In this document: positions 21,171 to 30,818 of the stretch, piece by piece
Numbering within the stretch: position 1 is the stretch's first letter
Layout of the letters: each line of letters starts with the position of its first letter
Source of the DNA: Nitrospirota bacterium
GTDB lineage: Bacteria > Nitrospirota > UBA9217
Assembly: GCA_963741205.1 (NCBI GenBank)
Contig: CAVUHW010000022.1
Span: forward strand, 134,823 to 198,822
Length of the DNA: 64,000 bases
Direction: 5' to 3'
The notes under the pieces: generated by a model
Told to the model about the DNA's origin: nothing
What the model saw: only the letters and a program-made list of their open reading frames with translations
Database searches by the model: none
Translations under genes and position numbers: made by a program

Positions 21171-22464
21171 TTAAATCTCCCACGGATAGCCGATGAATAT
21201 CGCCGGAGAAAACCCTTCCCTGCCGAACCCGAGATCGCCCCGAAACACGACCCCCGACGCCGTCACGATCCTCAGGCCTACGCCGTAGGCGTCGCGCATG
21301 ATTTTGCCCAGCTCGCTCCGCAGGTCCTCAGTGCTCCCGATCTCGTAGAAGGCGGAAATCTGCACGGCGGTGCGCACGTCCTTCATGATGAAGATATTGT
21401 AGGGGGTCCTCTCGTCGGTCAGGTTCCATCGGATCTCGGTCCCGTAGAACTCGGTGTGAGCGCCCTGGAACCGGCCTTGCGGATAGGCCCGCAGGCGGCT
21501 GAAGCCGCCCAACTGCGTCGCGGTCCCGTATTTGTTGTTCGCAATTTGATTATTGATCACTTCAAAGCAGAAGTTTCTTTGTTCGGGATCAGAGACGGTG
21601 TTGCAATCCAGTCCCTGCTCCTCCTGGAGTTTAACCGGGTCCGTCTCGCCCTGTCTCGTGACGACGGCGTCCGAGCGCAGGAAATTGAACGCCCAGGTAC
21701 TGCGCCTTCCGAGGGGGAAATAGGCCGTCGTGTTGTAGTCCATCACGTAAAAGTCCGGGCCGGATCCCCGGGGCGGCGTGTGAGTGCGGGTGACGTCGAA
21801 CCTGATTCCTTTGCGCGGATCCGAATAGTCGTCGGTCAGGTCGAGGCGTGTTCCGTATAAGAAGGTGCTGCCGCGCTGGCGGGGCGCGTTCTGCGCAGCG
21901 ATAATGACGTTGCTGTCCTTGTCCCGGATGCTCTTCAGCTTCGAAGCGCCCTCGTACCAGGCGCCGTAGATCTCGAAGCGGCGCTCGAAGAACGTGGCCG
22001 TCATCCTGGCCCCGTAGTATACCGTATCTCCGAATTCGATCAACCGAAAATCGTTCTTGTCCGTGTTCATGCCCCGCTGGGCGTAGCTCTGGATCGATGC
22101 CTCGCTGATCGCGCTGAAACCCGTGTCAATGATGAGCGTGCGGGGAATGAGGTGGATGTCCGCCACGCCGACGGCTTCACCCCTTACCTGGCCGGTGAAG
22201 AGGATGCCGTAGGCGTCCGTGTAGGTGTCCGCGATGTTCATGGCGCCGCCCACAAGTCCGATCCCGGAGCCGATGCCGGGAAGGCTGTAGGGGTAGGGGA
22301 AGAGGGCGTAGCCGAAGTCGGTCCTGAACTGGGGTTTTCTTCGGTCGGGAACGAGGGGAAACTCGGTAGACCCTTCGACGGAGACCTCTGCAGCGCTGGA
22401 AACGGATGCGAAGGCAAGAAGGATGGACAGGGCAAAGAAGAAGCAGTCTCACATTTTTCCGCAT
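21171..22464 (-). CDS. Outer-membrane beta-barrel protein, Omp85/surface-antigen-like (frameshifted)
   Basis: Signal peptide, LGGFSRLRAYPQGRF motif, YGVGLR, C-terminal IGYPW. Confidence 0.7.
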
Positions 22465-22706
22465 CGTAATCATTCTTCTTGCTACGCTCAGTATTTTTAA
22501 GCAACGGATTAACGATTATCCAACCGATCTGCGACATCGGCCGTGCGTCAAAAAACGTCAATTTCCGTTCAATTATAGCAAAAGATTTTCAATGGGACGA
22601 TCTAAAGAAATGGCAATAATTATTCGATGCTCTTTCAAGCGGGGTTTGGCTGGAAGGAGGATTCGAAAAAGACGGGTATCTTACCGTAACCTGTATTTGT
22701 GCGGGA

Positions 22707-22738
22707 ACAAGGGCCTTGTATTGTCCAAGGCCCTTGTG
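22707..22738. terminator. Hairpin downstream of the CMD gene
   Basis: acaagggccttg...caaggcccttgt inverted repeat. Confidence 0.55.
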
Positions 22739-22745
22739 CCGTGCT

Positions 22746-22997
22746 TTACTTACATCCGCAGCCTTGCTCTGAAGCGCTCGCGACCGTCTCTGCCTGATCT
22801 ACGATTGTCAAGGCAAATTGATCCATCTTAGCCGCCGCGCCCTTTCGAACAGCCTTTGCCACTTCGATTGCCGTGCCGATTTCTTTTTCATCGGCCCCGG
22901 CCTGCCTTGCCGCGCTGACGTGATAGTTCAAGCACGGCTGGCAATTTGCCGTAACCGATGCTCCGACGGCGATCAGTTCCTTGATCCGAGTGTCCAT
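22746..22997 (-). CDS. Carboxymuconolactone decarboxylase/AhpD-like protein
   Basis: MDTRIKELIAVGASVTANCQPCLNYH (CxxC); ends GCGCK. Confidence 0.85.
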   Translation of the reverse strand: MDTRIKELIAVGASVTANCQPCLNYHVSAARQAGADEKEIGTAIEVAKAVRKGAAAKMDQFALTIVDQAETVASASEQGCGCK

Positions 22998-23061
22998 GGG
23001 TAATTCCCTTCGTTTCACATTATTTGGAGGGGCCTGTTTCTTCGCGTCTCCGGTCAGTTCA

Positions 23062-23205
23062 TCATGACCGCTGATGCTTTCCACCCATACAGCAACCCAT
23101 CCCGGGCATCTTCCTCATCAGGAAAAAACAGAATACGAGCATCACGACCATCATGACCGGGACCATCCACCAAGAGCCGAGTCCAATGCCTGCGCAGGGG
23201 AACAT
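23062..23205 (-). CDS. Small Met/Cys-rich membrane protein
   Basis: AGGAGGTGA RBS; MFPCAGIGLGSWWMVPVMMVVMLVFCFFLMRKMPGMGCCMGG; 3' end uncertain. Confidence 0.6.
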   Translation of the reverse strand: MFPCAGIGLGSWWMVPVMMVVMLVFCFFLMRKMPGMGCCMGGKHQRS

Positions 23206-23230
23206 GAATATCACCTCCTCTCCGACCGTA

Positions 23231-23259
23231 TAGACGAAAGCCGGAGGAGAAAGGATACA
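23231..23259 (-). promoter_or_regulatory. Putative ECF sigma promoter, copy 2
   Basis: TGTATCC-N16-CGTCTA. Confidence 0.7.
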
Positions 23260-23400
23260 CCTGGGCCATCCATATATGGTCATGAGGCAAGGCGTTCCCA
23301 ATATGGCCGATAAAATATGAACGTCGCGAGTAAACAAGGATTGAAACCAGGCACGCTTGCCAGTTGAGGAATATTACAAAAACTGATGTTTATCGAGCTT

Positions 23401-23859
23401 TCATCGTTTGTTGGCGGGCAACGGACGGTGCTCCGCCTTGAGGTGTGTTCGGGCGGTGATAAAAAGAAGAAACGTCATGACTGCCGATATCATGCAGTAA
23501 ATGCAAAACGCATGGATGAAAGAAAACGAAACGTACATGAAGTAAACGGAGAAGGACACGCCGAGTGCCGCGTAGAGAAGCGCGCCCAAGCGTAAGCCGC
23601 GCGAAAAGGGATCGAGCGCAAGGAGCGCCGCCAAGGCGAACATATACAGATAGTAGACAAGGCCGAAATATCCCACCGGTACGCCGAAGATGCGGGCATA
23701 GGGGCTGCTGGCGACGATGTTGCATCCGTCGATGGGAGGGGGACACCATAAAAGCCTGCCGGTGTAGATGGCATAGGAATCATAAAACGCATCGGCTATC
23801 CCGATGAACGCGAACACGAGCATGAGGTACGGGGCGACCGCGGTCTCTTTTGTATTCAT
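23401..23859 (-). CDS. Vitamin K epoxide reductase (VKOR) family protein
   Basis: C..PIDGCNIVASSPYARIFGVPV and FCIYCMIS (CxxC); four TM segments. Confidence 0.9.
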   Translation of the reverse strand: MNTKETAVAPYLMLVFAFIGIADAFYDSYAIYTGRLLWCPPPIDGCNIVASSPYARIFGVPVGYFGLVYYLYMFALAALLALDPFSRGLRLGALLYAALGVSFSVYFMYVSFSFIHAFCIYCMISAVMTFLLFITARTHLKAEHRPLPANKR

Positions 23860-23909
23860 TTTGCTTCCTCCCTTCGGGAAATGAACCGTTATCGGTTCTC
23901 TTAATCCCG

Positions 23910-23938
23910 TAGACGAAAGCAGGGGAGAAAAGGATACA
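23910..23938 (-). promoter_or_regulatory. Putative ECF sigma promoter, copy 1
   Basis: TGTATCC-N16-CGTCTA, same spacing as 23231-23259. Confidence 0.7.
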
Positions 23939-23975
23939 GCTTTTTTTCATGAACGTGAGGAAAGTTCGCGGCTGG

Positions 23976-24554
23976 TTACTGAGGCGACTTGGGATGGCAC
24001 ATGAGCTCGTTACGCTCGTCGTGGTAGAAACTGCACTGGCACTGCATGGCCTTCCGCAGGCGGGCACGGGCGCGGTGGAGCCTGATTTTGACGGTCTCGA
24101 CTGAAACACCGAGAATTGCGGCGATCTCGGGGTTCGTGAATTCGTCGAATTCACTCAGGACGAGGGCCATCCGGTAGTCCTGGGGCAATTGGTCCACGAT
24201 GCCGCGGATGCACTCGTTCATCTCTTTGAGGATAAGCTTCTGATCAGTCCCCGGCTGGTCGGGGCTGGGGAGATCGAATGTGGAATCCGCATCATCGAAG
24301 TGAATTTCCAGAAGCTTTTGCTTGAGCGGTCGTGAGCGCGTGTGATCGAAAGCAGTGTTCGTCGCGATCCGGTAGATCCAGGTGGCGAGGGATGACTCGC
24401 CGCGAAACCCGCTCAAGGCCTTGCCGACCTTGACGAAGACTTCCTGGGCCAGGTCCTCAGCGTCGTTTTCTCCCACCAACCGGCCAAGATATCTCACGAT
24501 CTTCGGCCAGTATTCATCATGGATCGTCTGAAAGTCATCGACACCAGTGATCAT
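23976..24554 (-). CDS. ECF sigma factor with Cys-containing C-terminal tail
   Basis: DAEDLAQEVF, TWIYRIATN, EIAAILGVSVETVKIRLHRAR, tail CQCSFYHDERNELMCHPK. Confidence 0.93.
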   Translation of the reverse strand: MITGVDDFQTIHDEYWPKIVRYLGRLVGENDAEDLAQEVFVKVGKALSGFRGESSLATWIYRIATNTAFDHTRSRPLKQKLLEIHFDDADSTFDLPSPDQPGTDQKLILKEMNECIRGIVDQLPQDYRMALVLSEFDEFTNPEIAAILGVSVETVKIRLHRARARLRKAMQCQCSFYHDERNELMCHPKSPQ

Positions 24555-24558
24555 GCCA

Positions 24559-25161
24559 TCACCCTTGCGCTTTCTTGAAATGACAGTCAGCCATGTCCCT
24601 CACTTCTCGCAGCCAGGCCGCCCTCTTCATCTCCGTACTTGTGACCACGACGCCGAACGTTCTCCGGTGCACATTGGTTATGCCGCAGAGGCCGAAGATG
24701 CAGTTCTTCCAGATCGTCTCAAGCGGATCGCCGAAAACGGCCTGTTCACGCTCTTCGGTTGTATTCGACGTATTGAACACCAGCGCTGTTTTCGCCTTGA
24801 GCAGCCCGCACGGAACACCCTCGCCGCTGTCGCCTTCGAGAAACTCATAGGCCACGCCGGGCCTGATCACCCGGTCGATCCAGCCTTTCAGCATCGCCGG
24901 CGGCTGGCCCCACCAGTTGGGGTGGATGATGACGATGCCGTCCGCCTGCGCGAGCTCGTCGCAGTGTTTTTTTACGCGCGGGTCAGTCTTGGCGTTTTTC
25001 GGGATTTCGGATGCCGGGAGGGCGGGATCGAAGTGTTCGGCATAAAGGTCGTGAAACCGGACGTGATGGCCGTTGTTCTTCAAAGTCGCGACAACGGTAT
25101 CCGCTATGGCGTGATTAAAGCTTTCCTTGCTGGGATGACCGAGAATAACGGAAATGATCAT
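24559..25161 (-). CDS. NAD(P)H-dependent oxidoreductase, flavodoxin-like fold
   Basis: GHPSKESFN, HDLY, HPNWWGQPPAMLKGWIDRV. Confidence 0.9.
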   Translation of the reverse strand: MIISVILGHPSKESFNHAIADTVVATLKNNGHHVRFHDLYAEHFDPALPASEIPKNAKTDPRVKKHCDELAQADGIVIIHPNWWGQPPAMLKGWIDRVIRPGVAYEFLEGDSGEGVPCGLLKAKTALVFNTSNTTEEREQAVFGDPLETIWKNCIFGLCGITNVHRRTFGVVVTSTEMKRAAWLREVRDMADCHFKKAQG

Positions 25162-25324
25162 GACCGCCTCCAACAGGTTGCTGAAAAAACTGTTCTCATC
25201 CCGCAAAAGCGGGACGGCTACCTAAATGGCGTTTTGTAAATCAACAAGGTAGCCGCACCCTTTAGGGTGCGTTATTGTTCAGGCAGCGACTTATTTTGGC
25301 AGCCCGCCGCGAGACGCTGTGTTA

Positions 25325-25615
25325 TCAGCAGCATCCTCCAGAGGAATCATCGCACCCGCAGGATGGTTCCTTGCCGGTGAGCAGGCCGGTGATGATCGCG
25401 GAGGCGCAGCCCACGCCGGCATTCACGGAAAGGGCGCCGAAATCGCAGTTCTTCGCGCAGGCCCCGCATTCCATGCAAAGGTCCTTGTCCGTGACCTGCG
25501 CCCGCTTGTCCCTCATAATAAAGACCCCGCGCGGGCAGACCTCGACGCACCTTCGGCAGCCCGTACATTTCTCCGGAATAAAATGAAGCGTGGTCACATC
25601 GGCAAGATAGATCAT
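25325..25615 (-). CDS. hgcB: Mercury methylation ferredoxin HgcB
   Basis: CTGCRRCVEVCP and CMECGACAKNC, GVGCA, terminal CC; ATGA overlap with hgcA. Confidence 0.95.
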   Translation of the reverse strand: MIYLADVTTLHFIPEKCTGCRRCVEVCPRGVFIMRDKRAQVTDKDLCMECGACAKNCDFGALSVNAGVGCASAIITGLLTGKEPSCGCDDSSGGCC

Positions 25616-26697
25616 AGGAGCTCCCATTCCTTCAGTTTGTACGCGATCGTCAGTACGAGCGACAGGCCCGCTGCCGCCAGATAGACGGGGATGCCGATCT
25701 TAAGCTCTTTCTTGACACCGGTCATACCGGTAAAGGTGGTCGCGCCCGTGAACTGAAGCGCGAGGTACGAACTCATGGCAGGGAAGAACAGCCAGGCCGC
25801 GAGAGACAGCAGAACATCGTTGCGTACGGATAATCCCATAAGAGGCATGACTGCGGCCATCGACAGCATTCCCATGATCCAGCCCTTTATTGCGAAGGAC
25901 CGGAAGGGGACAAAGGGGAGCAGCATGGGCGTCATGAATGCTCCGGCGAAGACCGAGAGCAGCCCGAGCAGGAGGAACGGCAGGCCGCCGCGCCATGCGC
26001 TTGCGAAGAGAATGCCGGACGGCTGAAGGCCGAAGATGAGGAGCACGGCAGCGGCAAACCACGGGAACTTCTTCATGGCAGGGTTGATCTCCATGGGCGT
26101 AAGGACCAGACGGTCAAGGATCGGAAATTTAGCGGTGCTCATCTCCGTTGTTTTTTTGTATCCCGCGCGTACGTAGGCGGGGATGTCCTTTGCCCGCACG
26201 GGACCGAAGACGGCCCTGAAGCCGGTCTTTGTTTGAACCTCGCTCGCGTGAACGCCGACAGCGCCAAGCTGCGGCAGAATGATTCGGCGGTGGGAGACGA
26301 CTTTTTCGAGGTTCGTCTCGGAAATTCTGCGGACGAGTTCGTCCGTGCCAAAGGTCCCTTTGCCTGCCGCGCACCACACATTGATGCTCTTCGTGTCGAG
26401 CACGAGCATCCAGGCATTCATGTCCTTGAGCTCCCGCCTCACGATATCGAAGCTCAGTTTGTAGTTTGCGGTAACAAATACGTCGGATTCCGCAGTCGGC
26501 TCGCCCACGGCATAGAGCCCCGGCGGCACGGTGTAATTCATGCGAAAGGCGCCGGTCCTGCTTTTAATCATGCCCCACGTGTCCTCGCGGGACCAGTCGG
26601 ACGAGACGCGGTAAACTTCTCCCGCAGGCGTCGTGATTGTGCCTATCGCGAATTTCGGGACTTCCTTTTTGACGAATTTTAATGTCTGCATCTGCAT
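25612..26697 (-). CDS. hgcA: Mercury methylation corrinoid protein HgcA
   Basis: VTANYKLSFD, cap-helix NVWCAAGKG, ILPQLGA, C-terminal TM domain, FTGATTFT; intact ORF. Confidence 0.97.
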   Translation of the reverse strand: MQMQTLKFVKKEVPKFAIGTITTPAGEVYRVSSDWSREDTWGMIKSRTGAFRMNYTVPPGLYAVGEPTAESDVFVTANYKLSFDIVRRELKDMNAWMLVLDTKSINVWCAAGKGTFGTDELVRRISETNLEKVVSHRRIILPQLGAVGVHASEVQTKTGFRAVFGPVRAKDIPAYVRAGYKKTTEMSTAKFPILDRLVLTPMEINPAMKKFPWFAAAVLLIFGLQPSGILFASAWRGGLPFLLLGLLSVFAGAFMTPMLLPFVPFRSFAIKGWIMGMLSMAAVMPLMGLSVRNDVLLSLAAWLFFPAMSSYLALQFTGATTFTGMTGVKKELKIGIPVYLAAAGLSLVLTIAYKLKEWELL

Positions 26698-26766
26698 GGG
26701 GCTACCTCGAGGCTAGTGTAATTCGTCCAACGCTTCTTTGCTTAGGATCACATGATTTATTTATAC

Positions 26767-26832
26767 TGTCATTCCCGCGTAAGCGGGAATCCATTTGATT
26801 AAATTGGATTCCGGGTCAAGCCCGGAATGACA
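26767..26832. repeat. REP-like palindromic element between hgcC and hgcA
   Basis: tgtcattcccgcgtaagcgggaatcca...tggattccgggtcaagcccggaatgaca. Confidence 0.85.
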
Positions 26833-26863
26833 ACAAAAGGAAATGGATTTATAACTTACTGCA

Positions 26864-27142
26864 CTAAAGAATGTCCTTCATCACGGGCCCCAGCATGCCC
26901 TTTACCATGGATTCAAGGTTCCCCGCCTTGATAAGAGCGATGCAGCAGATCTCCCCGTCCTTTTCCCAGCTCGTGACCGCAAGCTTGTCTCCCGGCTTGA
27001 TGCCCGCCTTCTCCCGCAGCTCCTTGGGCAGGACCATCTGCCCCCGTTCATCAACGGTCACGAGCGCCTCCACCGCGCAGCAGCTTGCTTTGCCGAACGG
27101 TCCTCTTACGGGGATCTTCCCGTTCTTTTTTGTCGTCGTCAT
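26864..27142 (-). CDS. hgcC: AbrB/MazE-like HgcAB-associated regulator
   Basis: CCAVEALVTVDERGQMVLPKELREKAGIKPGDKL; ICC; directly upstream of hgcA. Confidence 0.8.
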   Translation of the reverse strand: MTTTKKNGKIPVRGPFGKASCCAVEALVTVDERGQMVLPKELREKAGIKPGDKLAVTSWEKDGEICCIALIKAGNLESMVKGMLGPVMKDIL

Positions 27143-27459
27143 GTCGCCTCCGGAATTACCGTCAAATCAGAATAATCAGATAAGTAAGTAATAGCTGAAA
27201 AAGACGTTTCTGTCAAGAGAAAAACGATATGCCGGTCAGGGCGCGGGGAATATTTTGAGGATCGTGAGCTGTTGCTGATCGGGGAAACGAAGGATGGTCC
27301 CGGGCGGCCTCCTCCTGATTATCGATTCTTCATGCACCGGCCGCCCGGCCGATGTGCTTGTCAATCCCGCCCCTTAAAGGATATTGAAAAGTTTCGAGCG
27401 TGACGGTATAATGTTCGTCCGACAAGGCAGAAAAAAATTATTAGAGAAGGAAAATTGCG

Positions 27460-27753
27460 ATGGTTAAAAAAGACCCCAAGCAGACCATGCTGAAGTTCGA
27501 AGCGCGCCAGAGCCGTCAGCTCCTTGCTATTGCCGTTACATTGTTTCTCGTGCTTTTATGCGCAGTCCTCTATAAACGACCCGGACTCTTCGGAGACGTT
27601 TCAAACAGTACGCTCATTGGATCGCAGATCGCCGGTATCGCTGCGTTTCTGGCCTTTACCGCCTTCAACTGGCGATGCCCTTCATGCAATAAGGGCCTGG
27701 GCAGCAACATCAACAAACGGATTTGTAAAAAATGCGGCGCCAGATTGCGGTAA
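27460..27753 (+). CDS. Small membrane protein with C-terminal zinc ribbon
   Basis: Two TM segments, WRCPSC...ICKKCG; promoter TTGAAA-N17-TATAAT at 27384-27412. Confidence 0.7.
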   Translation: MVKKDPKQTMLKFEARQSRQLLAIAVTLFLVLLCAVLYKRPGLFGDVSNSTLIGSQIAGIAAFLAFTAFNWRCPSCNKGLGSNINKRICKKCGARLR

Positions 27754-27781
27754 GAGGGGAAGGCACGGCACGCATTGCTTT

Positions 27782-28105
27782 TCAGCCCCGCCCTTGTTCT
27801 TCCTCCTGACCCTTCTTCAGTGACTCCAGATATTCTTCCCATTCCGACGGCAGGAGATATTTTTTCCTGGTGTTGCAGTTTTTGCACGCGGGAACCAAAT
27901 TACCCTGCGCGGATTTTCCACCGCGCACGATCGGGATCAAATGGTCCATCGTCAAATCGACGGGCTTGAACGTCTTGCCGCAGTAGTAGCAGCGGCCCGC
28001 CGAGCGTTTCCGCTTCCACCACTGCGATCCCCGCATTTCACGGGCCTTGGCCTTTTCCCGTTTGACATGGGCGTCATCAACGGTGATGAAGAAATCTCTT
28101 TCCAT
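27782..28105 (-). CDS. HNH endonuclease family protein
   Basis: CYYC, LTMDHLIPIVRGG, NLVPACKNCN. Confidence 0.9.
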   Translation of the reverse strand: MERDFFITVDDAHVKREKAKAREMRGSQWWKRKRSAGRCYYCGKTFKPVDLTMDHLIPIVRGGKSAQGNLVPACKNCNTRKKYLLPSEWEEYLESLKKGQEEEQGRG

Positions 28106-28208
28106 GGGCCCCTATATTACCGTTTCCCCGCCACGGTGTCACGCTAAAAAAGACGCTTGCCACGGACATCCTACCCACCACGTAACATCATAAAAATCAA
28201 TATTTTTC

Positions 28209-28273
28209 TTGACAATACCGTGTATGAAATATATACTTTGCCAAGCAGGTGGTATAAAGTGGGAAACGGTGGG
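28209..28273 (+). promoter_or_regulatory. dcw promoter with MraZ boxes
   Basis: TTGACA-N17-TATACT, then GTGGT/GTGGG/GTGGG at 10-bp spacing (28249, 28259, 28269). Confidence 0.85.
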
Positions 28274-28289
28274 CTAACGAGGGAGAGAC

Positions 28290-28726
28290 ATGTTCCGGGG
28301 CAGCTTCGAACATACCGTTGATTCCAAGGGCAGGGTGAGCGTACCTTCGAAGTTCCGCGACATCATCGCGGACCGTTACGACGGGACGGCTTGTACTGGC
28401 CATGGACTACGACCGCTGCCTCACGGTCTATCCGCTCGAGGAATGGGAACGGCTTGAGGAGAAGATCAAGACCCTCTCGCATGATGAAGCAGGAGGTCAA
28501 GGACTTCAGGCGGTTCCTGCTTTCATCAGCAACGGAGTGCGAGCTCGACAAGCAGGGCCGGATCCTGATACCGCCGGCCCATCGCGAGCACGCGGCCATC
28601 TCGAAGAACGTAATGGTCGTGGGAATCATCGAGAAAATCGAAATCTGGGACGTCAAGACGTGGGAGGCGCGAAATCTTCAGAACGGCGATAAGATCGGCG
28701 AGGCGCTCGCCGCACTGGGTCTTTAA
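28290..28726 (+). CDS. mraZ: Transcriptional regulator MraZ (frameshifted)
   Basis: MFRGSFEHTVDSKGRVSVP, LDKQGRILIP, IEIW. Confidence 0.93.
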
Positions 28727-28730
28727 CGAC

Positions 28731-29090
28731 ATGAGCGAAAAACTCAAAGTATATCAGATGAACCTTGATGGCGAGATCGACGCGGCAAAGATGGCGGAGA
28801 TCAACCGCGTGATCGGCCAGCTCATCAAGGGGGAGATGTACGGACTGATCCTGAACTTTGAGTCTGCGGAACACATCAACTTCACGATCCTGCCCTCCCT
28901 GGTGGAAGAGAAGAGGCGCCTTCAATCTTTCGGGGGCGATATCCGGCTCGCGGCGATGTCGGACTATATCAAGAACATCTTCCGGACGACGGGCGTGCTC
29001 GAGGAGTTCCAGGTCTTCGATACGGTGCAGCAGGCCGCCAGGAGTTTCGGCGTTACCAAGCCGGCGACGAACCTGCCGCTGGGACTTTGA
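28731..29090 (+). CDS. STAS-domain protein
   Basis: LDGEID, LILNFESAEHIN, GGDIRLA..SDYIKNIF..TG. Confidence 0.85.
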   Translation: MSEKLKVYQMNLDGEIDAAKMAEINRVIGQLIKGEMYGLILNFESAEHINFTILPSLVEEKRRLQSFGGDIRLAAMSDYIKNIFRTTGVLEEFQVFDTVQQAARSFGVTKPATNLPLGL

Positions 29091-29169
29091 AGAAATGCGG
29101 AATGCGGAACGCATCCCCACCCTGCCCTCAGGGGGAAGTGGGTCGGCGGAATGCGGAGCGAGAAGCTAG

Positions 29170-30155
<986 letters not shown>

Positions 30156-30181
30156 ATTGATGATTTCGAAAAAGCTAAAAT

Positions 30182-30306
30182 CCACCCGGAGACACGCCCT
30201 GCACTCGCGCTGCCGCACTCGTAAACGCTGGGTGCAGGCTGAGACACGGAGAATAGATTTAAGAAAATTGGACGGCTTCCTCCGTGCCCTCCGTGACTCT
30301 GTGGTT
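30182..30306. repeat. Inverted 9-mer repeat element with nested 44-bp insert
   Basis: ggagacac...gagacacggag / ctccgtgccctccgtgactctgtgg. Confidence 0.7.
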
Positions 30307-30428
30307 AAATCAGAGTTTTTACGAATTCATCAAGATTGGAAATTGTAAAATGAAATCGGGCTGTACTATAACAAATCCGCTGTCATCACGAGGCAATCGT
30401 CACGTTCTCATTGGGATGGGGGCCCGGA

Positions 30429-30770
30429 ATGTCGATAGGCGCCGGTGAAGTAGGGGCGCTGGTGTTCTCGCCGAGGAGGCGGGGCAGCCTGCGCCGGGTC
30501 CTTATACCGCTTCTGATCATTGCCGGCCTTCTTCTCTATGTGGGCGGGAAGGTGACGATCATGCGGCTCGGGTACCAGATCGAGGCGCTGGAGCGCGAGA
30601 AGCAGGAGCTCGAACGCGCGAACAGGTCTCTCAGGATAGAGGCGTCTTCTCTGGCCTCTCCGGCGCGCATCGAGGAGATCGCGATCAAGAGACTGGGCAT
30701 GGTCAGGCCGCCGAAAGAAAATGTCGTCGTGGTAAAACGAAGAGAAGACTCATCACCGCGAAGGCGCTAA
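30429..30770 (+). CDS. ftsL: Cell division protein FtsL
   Basis: TM plus coiled coil, LASPARIEEIAIKRLGM; dcw position. Confidence 0.85.
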   Translation: MSIGAGEVGALVFSPRRRGSLRRVLIPLLIIAGLLLYVGGKVTIMRLGYQIEALEREKQELERANRSLRIEASSLASPARIEEIAIKRLGMVRPPKENVVVVKRREDSSPRRR

Positions 30771-30818
30771 GGTGCCGCCGTGGTGAAGTGTGTTCCGCCG
30801 CATCCGGGGTAGAAGGGC

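Noticed and set aside
26697-26766. Selenocysteine-containing N-terminal extension of HgcA
   Set aside because: A GAGGT RBS lies directly before ATG 26697, and no upstream Cys-TGA extension is evident.
27782-28105. HNH gene as a defence or mobile element
   Set aside because: Small stand-alone HNH with host-like composition, no flanking repeats and no partner genes.
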